A DNA stretch of 64,000 nucleotides. Source: Tilletiaria anomala UBC 951 (Eukaryota). Position 1 is the first letter of the stretch. Every line of letters begins with the position of its first letter. The notes under the pieces are model-generated. The model was given only the letters and a program-made list of their open reading frames with translations. It was not told the DNA's origin and did no database searches. The position numbers were made by a program, and so were the translations under genes. The stretch lies in the NCBI RefSeq assembly GCF_000711695.1, contig NW_013547016.1:124001-188000 (forward strand), read 5' to 3'. Shown here piece after piece: positions 37,723 to 51,604 of the stretch.

Positions 37723-39267
37723 ATGCTTTCCGTCATGCAGCCATCCAGCAAAGATTTACCATCCCACGCAGCCAGTATAGCCAAAGGGAACAGTGCCAAA
37801 GAGGTCATGCATGGCTCCATCTCGCTAGCGAGATCAGCCTCATCAGCCATCAAATCTGGAGCCCAGACGCTACAAGAAACCAAGTCGGCTCCGAGACCCG
37901 GTCCTTCTGCATGCAACAAGCGAGCAAGATCTCATCAACAGCAACAAGATCGCAATGAATCCTCGGAAGACATCTCGCCAATAGCTACGCCTTCCAAGTC
38001 TCAGCCTCACAATATTCGAAGCAAAGGGAAAGCAGCTGCTCTTCGAGGGGAGCTTGCGGCCGCATCTCGAGACGATGCATCGTCTGCAGTGCTATTATCC
38101 AGTTCGCCTCCAACGGGTCTCGCTTCCGCAGAGCGTAAGGCTGCGCGGAAAGCACGCGGGGGAAATGAATCCAAACATCCGGCTGCAGAGCCGGAGTGGG
38201 ACATGCCAATCCTCAGCAATGTTGCCATCGATGCAGACAGCGGCGCATCCACTCCTCTCACCTGGCAACAGGAGCTCCTATCAATGAAGAAGACGGCATC
38301 TACTGATAGTCCGCAGAAGCGGTCCGACCGCACTCAAGCCTCGAAGAAATCATCGAGCCCAAGTGGGCTTGCTAGAACGAGAGACCAGCATGCTTCACAA
38401 GCGCAGCAATCCTCAGAGGCGAGCACCAGCACAAGCTCGACCTCACTTGCCTCTGCTGCTGCTCCCCCCCTGACTTGGCAGCAAGAATTGATGGTTGTAT
38501 CCTCAAAGAGCAAAAAGCAAGCTAGTTCAGCAAAACCTACGCTCAAAGATGGGCCAAATGGCGATGCATCCGCGTCCACCATACCCCTCGAACAGTCCCA
38601 GCAACAGCAACAAGTTTTGCATCAGCATCAGCATCGCAGGGGCCATTCAGCTAGCGCCACTTCTGGCCCGGCTCAACCAAGCACACCAGCCAAACAACAG
38701 GCATTCAAGCCGTCTCCCGCCTCCCAAAAAAATGTGGCTGCAGGTTATCATGCCCAGCAATACACTCTCGCCGGCGGCGGCGACTTGATGTACGCCGGCC
38801 CTAATTTCCACAACTCCCCCTCACCTGCTAGTCTCCCAGCACCCAAGTTCATAAAGCATCGTTCAACTGCCCTCCCAAATGCCAGCCAGCCTCTATCGTC
38901 GTTTGTGCATGGCACACAAAACGGTGCAACCGCCGCCTCATTGAGGCACACCCCTTCCATCCCCACAATGGGCGTCCACCCTTCCTGGCCGTACCACCCA
39001 TCGTCCGATGTAGTGCAACACGCAGCCTCCTCGACTTCTTCACTGATTCAGTCGCATACGGCGCCACTTTCCGCAAACAGTGGATGGGCGACAGCATCAA
39101 CGGCCGCAGCTCTAGCGAACAGCAGCTTCACAGCTGCCATTTCGCCTGCCCCGTCGTATGGAGGTTCGTTTCCTGGTCAAACGACAGCAGACCCCAGCGA
39201 TGGACGCAATTGTAGTAGCAACAAAGAGCAGACGATCGAGTCCCTGCTCTCCAGACTCATGCGATGA
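37723..39267 (+). CDS. Intrinsically disordered protein with a PNRC/Edc1-type decapping-activator motif
   Basis: Single 514-aa ORF rich in S/A/Q, with YAGPNFHNSPSPASLPAPKF at ~38791-38850. Confidence 0.75.
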   Translation: MLSVMQPSSKDLPSHAASIAKGNSAKEVMHGSISLARSASSAIKSGAQTLQETKSAPRPGPSACNKRARSHQQQQDRNESSEDISPIATPSKSQPHNIRSKGKAAALRGELAAASRDDASSAVLLSSSPPTGLASAERKAARKARGGNESKHPAAEPEWDMPILSNVAIDADSGASTPLTWQQELLSMKKTASTDSPQKRSDRTQASKKSSSPSGLARTRDQHASQAQQSSEASTSTSSTSLASAAAPPLTWQQELMVVSSKSKKQASSAKPTLKDGPNGDASASTIPLEQSQQQQQVLHQHQHRRGHSASATSGPAQPSTPAKQQAFKPSPASQKNVAAGYHAQQYTLAGGGDLMYAGPNFHNSPSPASLPAPKFIKHRSTALPNASQPLSSFVHGTQNGATAASLRHTPSIPTMGVHPSWPYHPSSDVVQHAASSTSSLIQSHTAPLSANSGWATASTAAALANSSFTAAISPAPSYGGSFPGQTTADPSDGRNCSSNKEQTIESLLSRLMR

Positions 39268-39491
39268 AGGTGCTTCGTCAAAGCGTCAGGAGGTGTCGTT
39301 TTCCACTATGCATCTGTTCCTATTTGTATGCCCTGTCCTCTTCTATGCCTTTTTCAAATCTATGCCCTATGTCCCTATGACCACAACATACTACCGAGTC
39401 ACACCGGTGTTACTGCTGCTGATTCGAACGAAGTGCGTGATGCTAGTAATAGGAAGGTATACAATACAAGGGGTGCACGACGCGGCCATGT

Positions 39492-41057
<1,566 letters not shown>

Positions 41058-42404
41058 TCAGGATGGGCACGAAGGCTCGGAACGGACGCATCGTGCAGTT
41101 ACATTTGCAGTAGCGACCAGTCGACGGGATTCACCATTCGCCAATAGCCATCCACCGTGCTCCAACTGGGCAGCAAAATTTTGGCGGTGAAGCGCTCGAC
41201 GCTGTTGCAGCCGTTCTCTCGGCCGATATAAGTACTATCAATGTTTCGGGGCAAAAGCATATTTCTGGTCTTCCGGACGGAAGTTCACGACATTTAAATG
41301 ACTTCTACTGAGTGGAGCCGGGCTACGAGTGGCATACCAAGACATCCCTGCACTGCTGCTAGGAGTGCATTGCTTGCTTCAATCCAGAATGTGAGGTGTA
41401 TGGTTTTCTTCCTTCTTGCAGGGAATTTTCCCGTATACCACTGGCTTGAAATTGGGAAAGGTTAAAAATTTACAACTGAGTGGAACCAGCGCTCAGCAGT
41501 CGACACTTGACAACGTCCTCTTGCCATTTCCTGTTACTGGGTGAGTCATGTGAGAACGTGTTTGACTTGTGCCTGATGTGTGCACTTTATGTCTTAGGCA
41601 CTGCAGCTCTGACTGACACGGGACAACATCGAGAACGCCACATTAACGTTTGGAACGTGTATAATAGGCACCCTGCTGGAAAGTGCTCACGATCACTGTG
41701 GCGGCCAAGGTACCATTTTTCTCCTCGATGGGGGGGGTCTGCCATTCATCGGGAGTGTTGCACACCACAAAGCAGCGAGACATTCGATGTACAATGTACA
41801 GAAAGGGAGATGGAGTAATGAAAAGGATTGTCAAGTCTAGGAGCACCGTTGGAGCAAGCTATAAAGAGACAGGAGCAACCTGCAAGTACTTCTTGGCTTT
41901 TTGTGCGACTTTTGCATCGCGCCCGCAGGCTCCCCCCGCGTTCGCTTTTCATTCTCCACAGCCCTGCTTGGCGACAAGGTCTAATCCATAAAAGGGCAGA
42001 ACGTGCGCACTGCGCAGGCTGCAGCCGAAGTGACCACAGCTTCGGGTCTGCAGAGCTTCTTTGCTTCAGTGCGAAAATAAAAAGGACCACTTAACAGATC
42101 TGATGTCCTGTTAGAGAGAACGCGCCAGGCTGCAATCTTCACTAAGCACTCTCCATCAAGCACTCTCCACCTCCGTCCCCTGTTGGAACTCAGCCACCTG
42201 GGTCTATTTGCCCCAGCTAACAGTGCCGTCGCTTTGTGAAAGTGGCAACGAATTACGACGTACCCCTCACCTTGTCTGGTATTCCTGAAAAGCAACCTCG
42301 CCGTCAAATTGACCGGGCAGGTGGCACAACCCTTGACGCCCCATCCTTCAGAATAGTCAAACTGTCAACACCGGGTTTAATGTTTGTTCTCGTCCATCGG
42401 CAAC

Positions 42405-45025
42405 ATGAAATTCGGCAAGAGCTACATGGAAACGATCGCTAGTCCCTCTTTTCCAGAGGAGTGGAGGAGGGGGGCGATCGAGTATAAGCATGTGAGCCTA
42501 CCATGGACATCCTTGACTTTAGCTGACTGGAATGCTGAACAATCTTCCGTGTATTGGTCCACGCCTTTTCGGACGACAGCTTAAAAAGCTCATCAACGGT
42601 GTTGTTGCAGAGCTAGAGTCACTAGGTCTAGGCACAGATGTACTACGCGAATTGCTGCGGCCAGAGTTGTGTACTGCGGGAGGGGATGAGTCCTCTGCCG
42701 ATGAAGAGGCTCCTGCCGGCGGAGAAGAGATGCAAGGAGCGGTCAAGGCGGCTGCAAATGACATTGGCTCAGACGTCTTTCCACCCAAGGCAGTTCCAAA
42801 GAGCAACAGCCATGAAACGCTCTCGCCTCCTCTGGCTGGCGCTGCAACCCTCCATATGCGCCGCAAGGACAGCAAGGCAGCCAATTGGCTTGAATCAGTG
42901 CCCCGCAAAACGTGCTCTTCCTTGCGCACTACTTCTGGAAAGGATCGCTCTAGCTCTTCAGGAAGCGTCCACGAGTTCAGAGGTCAGCTGGAGCAGCCTG
43001 CGCATGATAGCCACTTTCTGGATGGCTCAGAAGAATCCGACAATGTTGAAATCCTCTCGCCCCCTTCGAATGCCGATTTCCAAGCTGCCAGCCGGCGCCG
43101 GTCATCCGGCATGGGAAAAAAAGACCTGCACAGACTTTATAAACGCATGGGTGGCTCTTCGGCTGAGGAAGTTTTCCACAGTGGACACGCATCCGAGTCT
43201 GGCGGAGAACAATCGCCCGCACCTCACAGCAGCAGCCATACCAACAGCGGTGAAGGCTCGGGCCGACATGATTGGGGGGCGCATGCATGGCGGGAGAGAG
43301 GTGGCTCAAATTTATGGAAGGGCTCGGACGAGGACGGCGGACCTGGGCCCTCGGCGGCTGAATGTAGCCCTTCGCCGTCAGCTGCGACGGGGCGGCGCCC
43401 AGTTTGTCAGGAAAGCCCTCAAGGACCAGACCATCAGCGATGGGTGCAGGGGAAAGGTGGGCGAAGAGCACGAGCTGAGTATGAGCTAGGTGGAAGCCCC
43501 GAGCATCCCATGCCCCGAATCCGTCTCCACATCGAGTCTCCCGTCACCTCAGACGACGACTATGACGGGGATCGAGATGATGATGCCGGCAATGACGACA
43601 CAGGTCCTGGCCTTCCCATCATCCAAGAGTTACCCCCTAGTCCAGAGGTCAGAGCAAAGCCTTCATCTCGACGAGCAAGCGCCATCGCCAGCTGCTTGCC
43701 GCCACTGGATGCCGCCAGCAACTTCCAAGTGGCGGGATCAGATCCGACGGGAATCGCAGCTGATCGCACGCCTTCGATCGAACACCGTCCTCGCCGCGTC
43801 CGCCCATCCTACCGAAGAATGCGCAAGCGAGAGATTCTCATTCCGCTTAATGCCGATACCGAATTCCTGGACACGCTCACCGGCGCTCTTTCCAATCTCC
43901 AAATTGTTCAGAACGAGCAGCGAGATCATTTCATTGCTGATACCGAGGACCTGACGGCGACCATCGCAAGAGCCTCAAGCCCGTACGCGAGCAAGAACGA
44001 CCTGTACGTCTGGCGCGAAATATTCTCCCTGTGGATGGAGATGCAGATCTTCGAGAGCGAGCGCGAGAAGGATCGCGGCGAATTGAGCGTGGACGAAAGC
44101 GAAGCGCGTCTGAAACGCTTTGCCGACGAGCTGGCCAAACGAGGATGGGGACCTGGAGACTTGAGCGCGACGCAGAGAAGTCGATCTAGTAAGCGTCTCG
44201 TCAAGCGCAAGAACGCCTCCGCGGTACCGATGCACGAGCCTCAGTCTATCCAGGCGCTTGAGGACTTCATGAAACTCAACATTGCGTTGCTGGACGTCAA
44301 GAAATTCCAGCGGATCAATGTCGAGGCTGCACGAAAGATTCTCAAAAAGCACGACAAGCGTACTGCGCTCACCGCTTCGGAAGACCTGCGCGCATTCATT
44401 GCACGTCAGCAAGACGTACAGGCATCCTTCTCAGTCGCTGCGGCCGCCAGTATCCCCGATATCAGCCCCAACTTTAGAAATCTTTCTCAGGACGTGGGCA
44501 ATGGCAGCTCGCGAACGCTCATCACCACACACCCCTCATTGGCAGCCCTTTTGCCTTCCAGCACAACGGGCATGCTTTCCAAGTCACTGCCGCACATCCT
44601 GCTTTCCCTTTTATCTACGACTCTGCTGCCGATTTTACCATCCATCGACGACTATTCGTGCGTGATCTGCACCGGTGTCGCCTGGCGTCCAATTCGACTC
44701 GACTGCACTCACCTCTTCTGCATTCGCTGCCTCGTCAAGCTGCAAAAGCAGGGGAAGCGGGACTGCCCTTTATGCAGAGCCAAGAATGTCGTAGGGATAG
44801 CAGGCGCACGTGAGCTTTGTTTCATACATTGTCTTGGAAGTGCTCATTGCTAACCCACACAAGTTGCTGCACCTTTCAGAAAATCTGGACCTAGCCACGA
44901 CCAACATGCTCAAGACGTGGTTCCCCAGGGAGGTGGACGAGAAGGACAAAGAGAATGAAAGAGAGCGTCGCAAGGAGGAGATGAGGGAACTTGGTTTGGA
45001 GGGAGACAAGTGCAGCGTCATGTGA
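42405..45025 (+). CDS. SPX-RING E3 ubiquitin ligase (S. pombe Pqr1/Spx1 and plant NLA-like architecture)
   Basis: MKFGK...IEYKH|LKKLI and KFQRIN..AARKILKKHDKRT SPX motifs; C3HC4 RING CVIC...CTHLFCIRC...CPLCR. Confidence 0.9.
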
Positions 45026-45376
45026 AATATAGGCTGCTTTGACAGATCCCCGATTCTCATTCAAATGTGCACCGAAGGCTGGGTCCACTGAGTCTTGCCT
45101 TACGTCGGAGGCACACGCTGCAGACAGCACCAGTTTTGACGACTGTTGGCGCACTTTGGGAGCAAGTATTGCCGAGGTTCTGGCAAAAACACATCTCTGA
45201 TCTTTCCGGCGAGCGTGCTAGACCCGCTGCTTACTATTCTTTTAACCTTCTGACCAGGCTTTCTATTGCACCGTTGCTATCTCATGCACACGCTAGGATT
45301 TTGAGTCAAGTGGACCTAGGTGCTACATTGACAATGGACGTAAAAATACAGTGCAAACGTGCTTCGCACGCATCGA

Positions 45377-47168
45377 TCATCCAGCAAGTTTCCATGCATT
45401 GAAGTCGCTCTCCCCAAATCTCAGGAGTGCAGTGCATCCTTCGTCGACCACGGCAAGTACAATGTTGCGCTTGCCAGCTTTCAAAGCCGGGTATGGATTC
45501 ACATTGGGTGGCCGCGGCTTCTTCTCTGCCGCGCACAGCACATTAGATGCGCAGCCTGGTGCGCAATGCGCAAAGAGCTGTGACCATGCAGCAAATGCTC
45601 GCTGTGACGCCGTTCCGTGTGCACGATTTGGTTCGGCGTTTCCACTGAATTCCTGACCGTCATTAAGTCGAGCCTTGCCCTTTCCGTACGCAGAGTTATT
45701 CCTTTGCGCTTGCTCGAGCATTCTCAGCCGATCAAGTTCGCCCTGCGCGTCTCCATCCGGAAGCGCCTCAGAGCTGAATAGGTCGGAAAACTGCACCAAG
45801 CTGGGCAGATTCACGTCCTTCGCAGCGCAGACAGCGATGCGAAACTCTGGAGGCGGTGGATCAGTCCGTTTGAACATAGTTGCGGGCCTCCACGCGTAAA
45901 AGCATGGTTGCAGCCCTTTCCCTCTCCCGTTTTTGTCCTCTTGCAAGCCTTTCGGTTTCGAAGCGCTGTATTCTGGGATAAATTGCAATTCCGAAAAAAC
46001 ATCACCTGTGCAGAACAAATCGATGTCAGTAGTTGAGTACAAATGCCTTGATTCCCATGGCTTACCGTAAACCCTAGGTCTCCCCAAACCCAGTTGCAGT
46101 CCCGCTTCTGAGATCTTTGAGCTTGCAGAATGTTTACGAATGCAATTCAAGGTGCCCAATTGTTTTGCCAGGGAACGCGCAAGCTTAGGCATTGCCTTCC
46201 GGATGATATCGAGGCAAGCCGAAATTGCAATGAGGATACTTGTCGGCAATGTCCGGCCCCAAGTCCCCCACAGGCTGGGTGCATGCTCATCCGAAACTTG
46301 CACCACGGGACCTGACCTTGCTGCAGCAGACCTCCGTAAGTCATCGATAATTCCAACCCTCTGAACAACGTATCCCAATCGCCTCAGGTAGGCGTAGACC
46401 TGGATGCCAAAGGCGAGGTGCACAGTGTCAGTCTTTGCGGACGCAGTCGGCCAGAAAGAATCAGCTCACCTGGTACTCCTCTCTAGTGCAACTCTTCGGC
46501 CCCAGCATGATGGCAAACGCGTGCTGCAAGCTCAGTGGCACATGGGCCTCCCTTGAGTGTGAATCCATTTGTTGGCGCAATGAGCACTCTAGAGCACCTC
46601 GCTCCATGAGATACAGGGTCTCTTCGGGTGAGAGCTGTACTGATGACTCGTATTTTGGGTATGGCACCCCGGTAGGGTCCAGCTTGACAGTTTCATATGG
46701 AAGATGTGGCACTTCTCGCCGGATGGTGACGCCCATACTCGCAAAGTTCGAGCCTTTGATGACGCCCATTGTTGCACGCTTGGTGAGAGGGTCCCATACT
46801 GCGGTCGACAAATTCCGAGCCGATATTACTCGCTGACCCGATATGGCCTGATACATAGTCTGTCGACTCTGCTGTAGCGCTCTTGTCTGGCCCGTGAAGC
46901 CCGTCGGTTCGAAATCCTTCTCTCCTCGCTTTGGAATGAAGGCATCGAGTGATGATGATCCAGGCCCCTTTGACTTTGCCAATAGTGTTGCCAGGGAAGA
47001 ATAGTCCGGCATTTCATCTTCGCCATCATCAGACTCATCTTGTTCTTTTGTGTCTTCACCATTTCTCGACGCATCGGTCGGTAAAGACTGTCCACTTCCA
47101 ACGTCTTGACCATGAACGAGCTGACTGGGGTCCAGTTCCGAATCCACGTCAAAGACGGCCTCGGACAT
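45377..47168 (-). CDS. SEN54: tRNA-splicing endonuclease subunit Sen54 (3 exons)
   Basis: IPKRGEKDFEP, G..F.SMG, LSPEETLYLMERGAL, YQ|VYAYLRRLGYVV, FKRTDPPPPEFRI, LKAGKRNIVLAVVDEG. Confidence 0.93.
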
Positions 47169-47743
47169 ATCAGTCAAAGTTCAGGCTTGCGCCCGGAAGA
47201 TTTACTACGCGTAGAGGCGAGTACGTCGATCTCAGCGAGCCTCTTGAGGAGAACCAAGGATTGATGTCAACCAAGCGCTTGGGCATAGGGGACAGTGGAT
47301 GCTTTGACAAGGTGGCGTTCTGAAGAACACGAAGCGAGAACTGCGAATTGAGAGAAATCTAAATGCATACGGCCTCAACAACTCAATTCGGTGCAATAAA
47401 CATTGGTTGTCTGGCTTTCGGTGCATATGCACTATCATCGCTCAAAACACTATTTATAGTCCTGCGCCAAATCGGTTTCCCATAGCTTCGGGTGCTCGGC
47501 TACCGGTGGCAGGTCCCTCCTCCAAAGAGCCGAGAGCCTATGTTGCAGAGGCCGTGCCTTAGACTAGTGTTTCCAAAAGAAATGCGCGACTCTTACCGGT
47601 CTGGCGACTTTCTACTCCAACACCGCGAGTATTGCGGGCCGCCAGCTGCGGCGAAATTTCATGGATGCCAGATACAAGTCAGATGGTCAGATGGGCGACA
47701 AGACACATGAGAAGCAGTTAAGGTATCCAATTTATTTTCCCCT

Positions 47744-50473
47744 CTATGTGATACATGCTGTGTCTTGCACGCTTGCACTTGCCAGAGATCCAGGCAGACA
47801 GCCTGACTTCAGGCTACGTGCGTGATCACAGTCTTGTAGCATAACTGACTCCAAGAATTTAGCTTGGTTGCCGTATGCATGCAGTGCCCAGGCTACGACA
47901 GCCAGTCCCTTCTGGTCATTGGCATCCACAAGCCGATGATGTAGCACGTCCACGTGATGGAATGTCAGTGCGGGATATGCTGAAGTCTCGATGTCATACA
48001 AGAGGGCTTGGCATTGAGCGTTGCTGGGGCGACGAGTCTGCAAGTAGAGCTTGTTGATAGGGGGGTGTGCTGAAATGAGCCTCTTGAGCTCGCTGACGGC
48101 CGCCTGCAAGTGATGCGACTTTGCTAGACCATTGATGTAAGTGCACCACGCTTTCCATCCTTCAGCATTGCTCATGATCCAGTTGGAATGCTTTGCCCAC
48201 AGATCGTTGGCCACCTTGTCCGCAAGCGTGCGATCAGGCTCGGCGCAGCAGAGCTTCAGAACCAGCTCCAGTGTCGAGGAATTCGGTGACAAGCCCAATC
48301 GGATGAAGAAACTTTCATTATCATCACCGGTACCAGTGATCGCGGCATTGACTGTGACCAGTCGTTGTGAGCGAGGTAGATGTCGGGCTAGAACTTTCAA
48401 GTATGCGTTGACGAGCGCGACAGATGGCCGAACTTTCATCCACACATCAAAGGTAGTCGTCTGCTCTGATCGTAGTCTTTCAATTGCTTTCAAGACAGAC
48501 TCGAAAAGCCTGCTAACTTCAGAGACAACATCACGAGATGTCTGAGGTAGTGCGGACGTTGAGCTTGGTGCTTGCGTTGAAGCATCGAAGGCCGACAGGT
48601 CCTCCCTAGATGTCTCTGCATGTACCCGTGAAAGCACCACTTGGCTCAAAGAGCCTGAAGTCGCAGAATGCTCAATCTCCACGTTGTGTGGCTTAGACAT
48701 AGGGTGATCTGATTGACGGATCTTTGCTTGCGTCAGCGGAGGCTTATAAGCCGCGTATGTCGAGAAGAGCAGCGCGAGAGTCCGCTCGTCTGGCAGGCGC
48801 GCCAGAACCTGCACCAGATGGTAGTTCGCATCTTGCTTCTGAACATCTTCTGCAAATGCTCGAGCCAAGCGAAGCATTTCGCTCAGAATCCATTTCGCTC
48901 GACCCAGGTCCCCCTTTCGTGCACATCCGGCCAGCAGAGCGTTGAAGGCATCCTGATCTGGAATGTAGTGGTCTGATCCCGAGCCTTGGAGTTTTAGCAT
49001 TTGTCTGAATAGTTGAATAGCCTCATTGTAAAGGTATGGACTTTTCGCACACGCCAAAATTGTTGCATTGAAGGCCTCGACGCTTGGGCGAATCTGGTAC
49101 GCGACAGTCAATTCGCGAAACAAATCCAAGGCCCGTTCGCCTTCACTTTGACCTCGACGAGTCGCCGCATTTTTTGGAAGGCGTCCAGCAGAACATGCAT
49201 TGATCATGACCGTGTAGAGCTGTGAGTCGGGAACAGGATGTGCCACAAGCCGCATGTGGTAGAACAGGGACCAGGCTTCTTCGTGGCTCCATGGCTCTTG
49301 GGCTCGCAGCAAGCGACGAATTAATGCAGAATACGTCTTGATCGGAGCTGGTACGTCTGGCTCAAATGCACGCAGGGTGGATGCTGCTTTTGGAAGATCT
49401 CCTTGACGGATGAACAGCGACACAAATGAGTGTCTCATCTCACTTGTCATGCTCAGGTCACCTGCAGAAAAAAAGGTGAGCATTTTGTTGCGACGAATTG
49501 ATAATCGCATCGATGACGCACGATGATTGACTTCTTCCAGAACCCGCATGAGTGCATCTGCATGACCATAATGGGAAAGGCTTTTGACAGCGGTTTCAAC
49601 TACTTGGATTTGAGCTGTTCCAGAAGACTTGATGCTGTCGAACCGGTCCGCATAGTTGAGAGCTTTGGTAAAGACTTCAAAACGACCCTGCAAGACAGCT
49701 GCAGTCGCCATCGATGCCAGCTCTGGCACTGTGATGTCTCCTTTGAGAAGCGAGTCCTCTGAAATAGCTTCGCTAAGCGCTTCAACATTTGCGTTGGCCA
49801 AGATGTGTTCGGAAGACTGCATCTGTGGCGTTTCTTCCAAATTATCTGCTTTCGGCTGCTGGCCAGGCTGCTCATTATCACTCCGAAGACTCTGCAGCGG
49901 GAGCGGTCTTGGCAGACCCAGTTCGAACTGCTGATGCCTAGGCTCAGCATCATTGAGTCGAGCCAAGAGGGTTTCCAAGCGCTGTGCCTGAAGAGCCGAG
50001 TGATTTTTGTTGGAAACATCTTTGCGGAATACCGGGGAGAACAGTGCCGGTGCATGACCGACCGCCGCACGAGCTCTTGACAGCTGCAGATTGGAGTGGG
50101 TACGCAAGTCGTCTACCTTCGGTTCTTCAGGGGCTTGCAGAGCTTGAAAGAATTCGTCAATGATCTCTTCGCTGAGCATCCGTGCTTCTAGTTCGGGGTC
50201 CTGGCTTTCCAGCTTCATGTCCTTCTCCGCTTCCTGCTCTAGCTCCTGGAGTTCGCGTCGAAGTTGCGACATGCGTTCGCTCAGAGTCAACTTGGCAGCA
50301 GATGATTTCCACCGGAGGTCGTGCCCAAACTGACGTGTAGGAGTACTGCCGATGCTGCATCCGTCGGTCATGTATACGCGCAGCAGTGTGGCGGCTTTCT
50401 GAGAGGGACATTCCTCTGGATGCAACAGCAACGCCCTCCAAAGGCTCGACCTGCTTTTTCGTGCGATCCACAT
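47744..50473 (-). CDS. Mitochondrial pentatricopeptide repeat (PPR) protein
   Basis: PPR-like repeats TYSALI, PDSQLYTVMINAC, PSVEAFNATILACAK, PDQDAFNALLAGCARKGDL; Arg/Ser-rich N-terminus. Start codon not certain. Confidence 0.85.
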   Translation of the reverse strand: MWIARKSRSSLWRALLLHPEECPSQKAATLLRVYMTDGCSIGSTPTRQFGHDLRWKSSAAKLTLSERMSQLRRELQELEQEAEKDMKLESQDPELEARMLSEEIIDEFFQALQAPEEPKVDDLRTHSNLQLSRARAAVGHAPALFSPVFRKDVSNKNHSALQAQRLETLLARLNDAEPRHQQFELGLPRPLPLQSLRSDNEQPGQQPKADNLEETPQMQSSEHILANANVEALSEAISEDSLLKGDITVPELASMATAAVLQGRFEVFTKALNYADRFDSIKSSGTAQIQVVETAVKSLSHYGHADALMRVLEEVNHRASSMRLSIRRNKMLTFFSAGDLSMTSEMRHSFVSLFIRQGDLPKAASTLRAFEPDVPAPIKTYSALIRRLLRAQEPWSHEEAWSLFYHMRLVAHPVPDSQLYTVMINACSAGRLPKNAATRRGQSEGERALDLFRELTVAYQIRPSVEAFNATILACAKSPYLYNEAIQLFRQMLKLQGSGSDHYIPDQDAFNALLAGCARKGDLGRAKWILSEMLRLARAFAEDVQKQDANYHLVQVLARLPDERTLALLFSTYAAYKPPLTQAKIRQSDHPMSKPHNVEIEHSATSGSLSQVVLSRVHAETSREDLSAFDASTQAPSSTSALPQTSRDVVSEVSRLFESVLKAIERLRSEQTTTFDVWMKVRPSVALVNAYLKVLARHLPRSQRLVTVNAAITGTGDDNESFFIRLGLSPNSSTLELVLKLCCAEPDRTLADKVANDLWAKHSNWIMSNAEGWKAWCTYINGLAKSHHLQAAVSELKRLISAHPPINKLYLQTRRPSNAQCQALLYDIETSAYPALTFHHVDVLHHRLVDANDQKGLAVVAWALHAYGNQAKFLESVMLQDCDHARSLKSGCLPGSLASASVQDTACIT

Positions 50474-51101
50474 GGCTCACACGTCTGACGGTTGGGTATC
50501 GGCCTGCGCGCCTTGCACACTTGAACTTGGCTTTCGGCTTAGCCGTGGTACCACATACAGCGAGGCCTGGAGCAGCTATGTGCGACGATTTCTCCTGTCC
50601 CGGTCAGTGTCTGATTGTGTGGAGTCACTACAGATACACGTTCAGGCCGCAGGCGTTTTGCTGACTGCGGTTGTGGAACTTGACGTGTCAGGAGAATCCG
50701 AATGGATCCAGATCAGGGCGATCGACAAATTTCTGGCTTGAGGAACGAGCATTACGTAATCATCCACGCCGGCTTTTGGGATGGGACCAGTGCCTCGGAT
50801 TGTTGCTCGATGGGAAGAATGGGACTCCCGTAGTGCCTTCTCGGACATTAGACAGCAAGAGCCGGAGGAGAGAGAGGCTTCCAGTGGATTCGTTCTACGG
50901 AACACCCTGATGACAACTGCAACTCCATATCTATATATATATATGTTTCGACAACTTATGAAGACTTTCATTACGTCTTTAACCTTCATCGAAACGACAG
51001 CTGTCGCCAAACACAGGCTGACACGCACAATTGTGAGCCGAAAATAAAGAGCATATTTGCTCTTTCAACATTTCCGTAAACAAGCAAGTCCGCTATTCAC
51101 A

Positions 51102-51604
51102 ATGGGTGTCAAGCCGCTTGAGTCCCTGAAGGAGTTCCAGGACGCCATTCAAGGCGACAAAGTCGTCGTCATTGATTTTTGTGAGTAACTCGTACGGCCT
51201 CATCTAATCCTTCCCCTTTGTCACAGCGGCTGACCTGGCCACTTTACTCACTTTGACGTGTGCTTTACACTCCGACTCATCACAGGGGCAACATGGTGCG
51301 GCCCTTGCAAGATGGTCAGCCCCATCTTTGAAAAGCTGTCTGAAGGCGCTGCAGCGGACAAGGTTGGCTTCTACAAGGTCGATGTTGATGAGCAAGAGCA
51401 GATTGCCCAGGAGGTCAAAGTCAAGGTCATGCCCACCTTTATGTTTTTCAAGGGTGGACAGAAGATTCATGAAATCCAAGGCGCTCGTATCCCGGAGCTG
51501 ACTGTGAGCCATTGTAACATCATTTCCTCATCAAAATCGTCCGTAGCTGATCTATGACCCGATGTTTGCCCTCACAGAAAGCTATTTCAGATTACAGCAG
51601 CTGA
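51102..51604 (+). CDS. TRX1: Thioredoxin (3 exons)
   Basis: MGVKPLES...VVVIDFW|ATWCGPCK...FYKVDVDE...MPTFMFFK; stop 51602-51604. Confidence 0.95.

Noticed and set aside
47290..47740. Possible RNase P/MRP-like ncRNA between SEN54 and the PPR gene (gaaagtcgcc on the minus strand)
   Set aside because: Only a partial motif and no matching P4 partner strand found; more simply UTR or promoter sequence.
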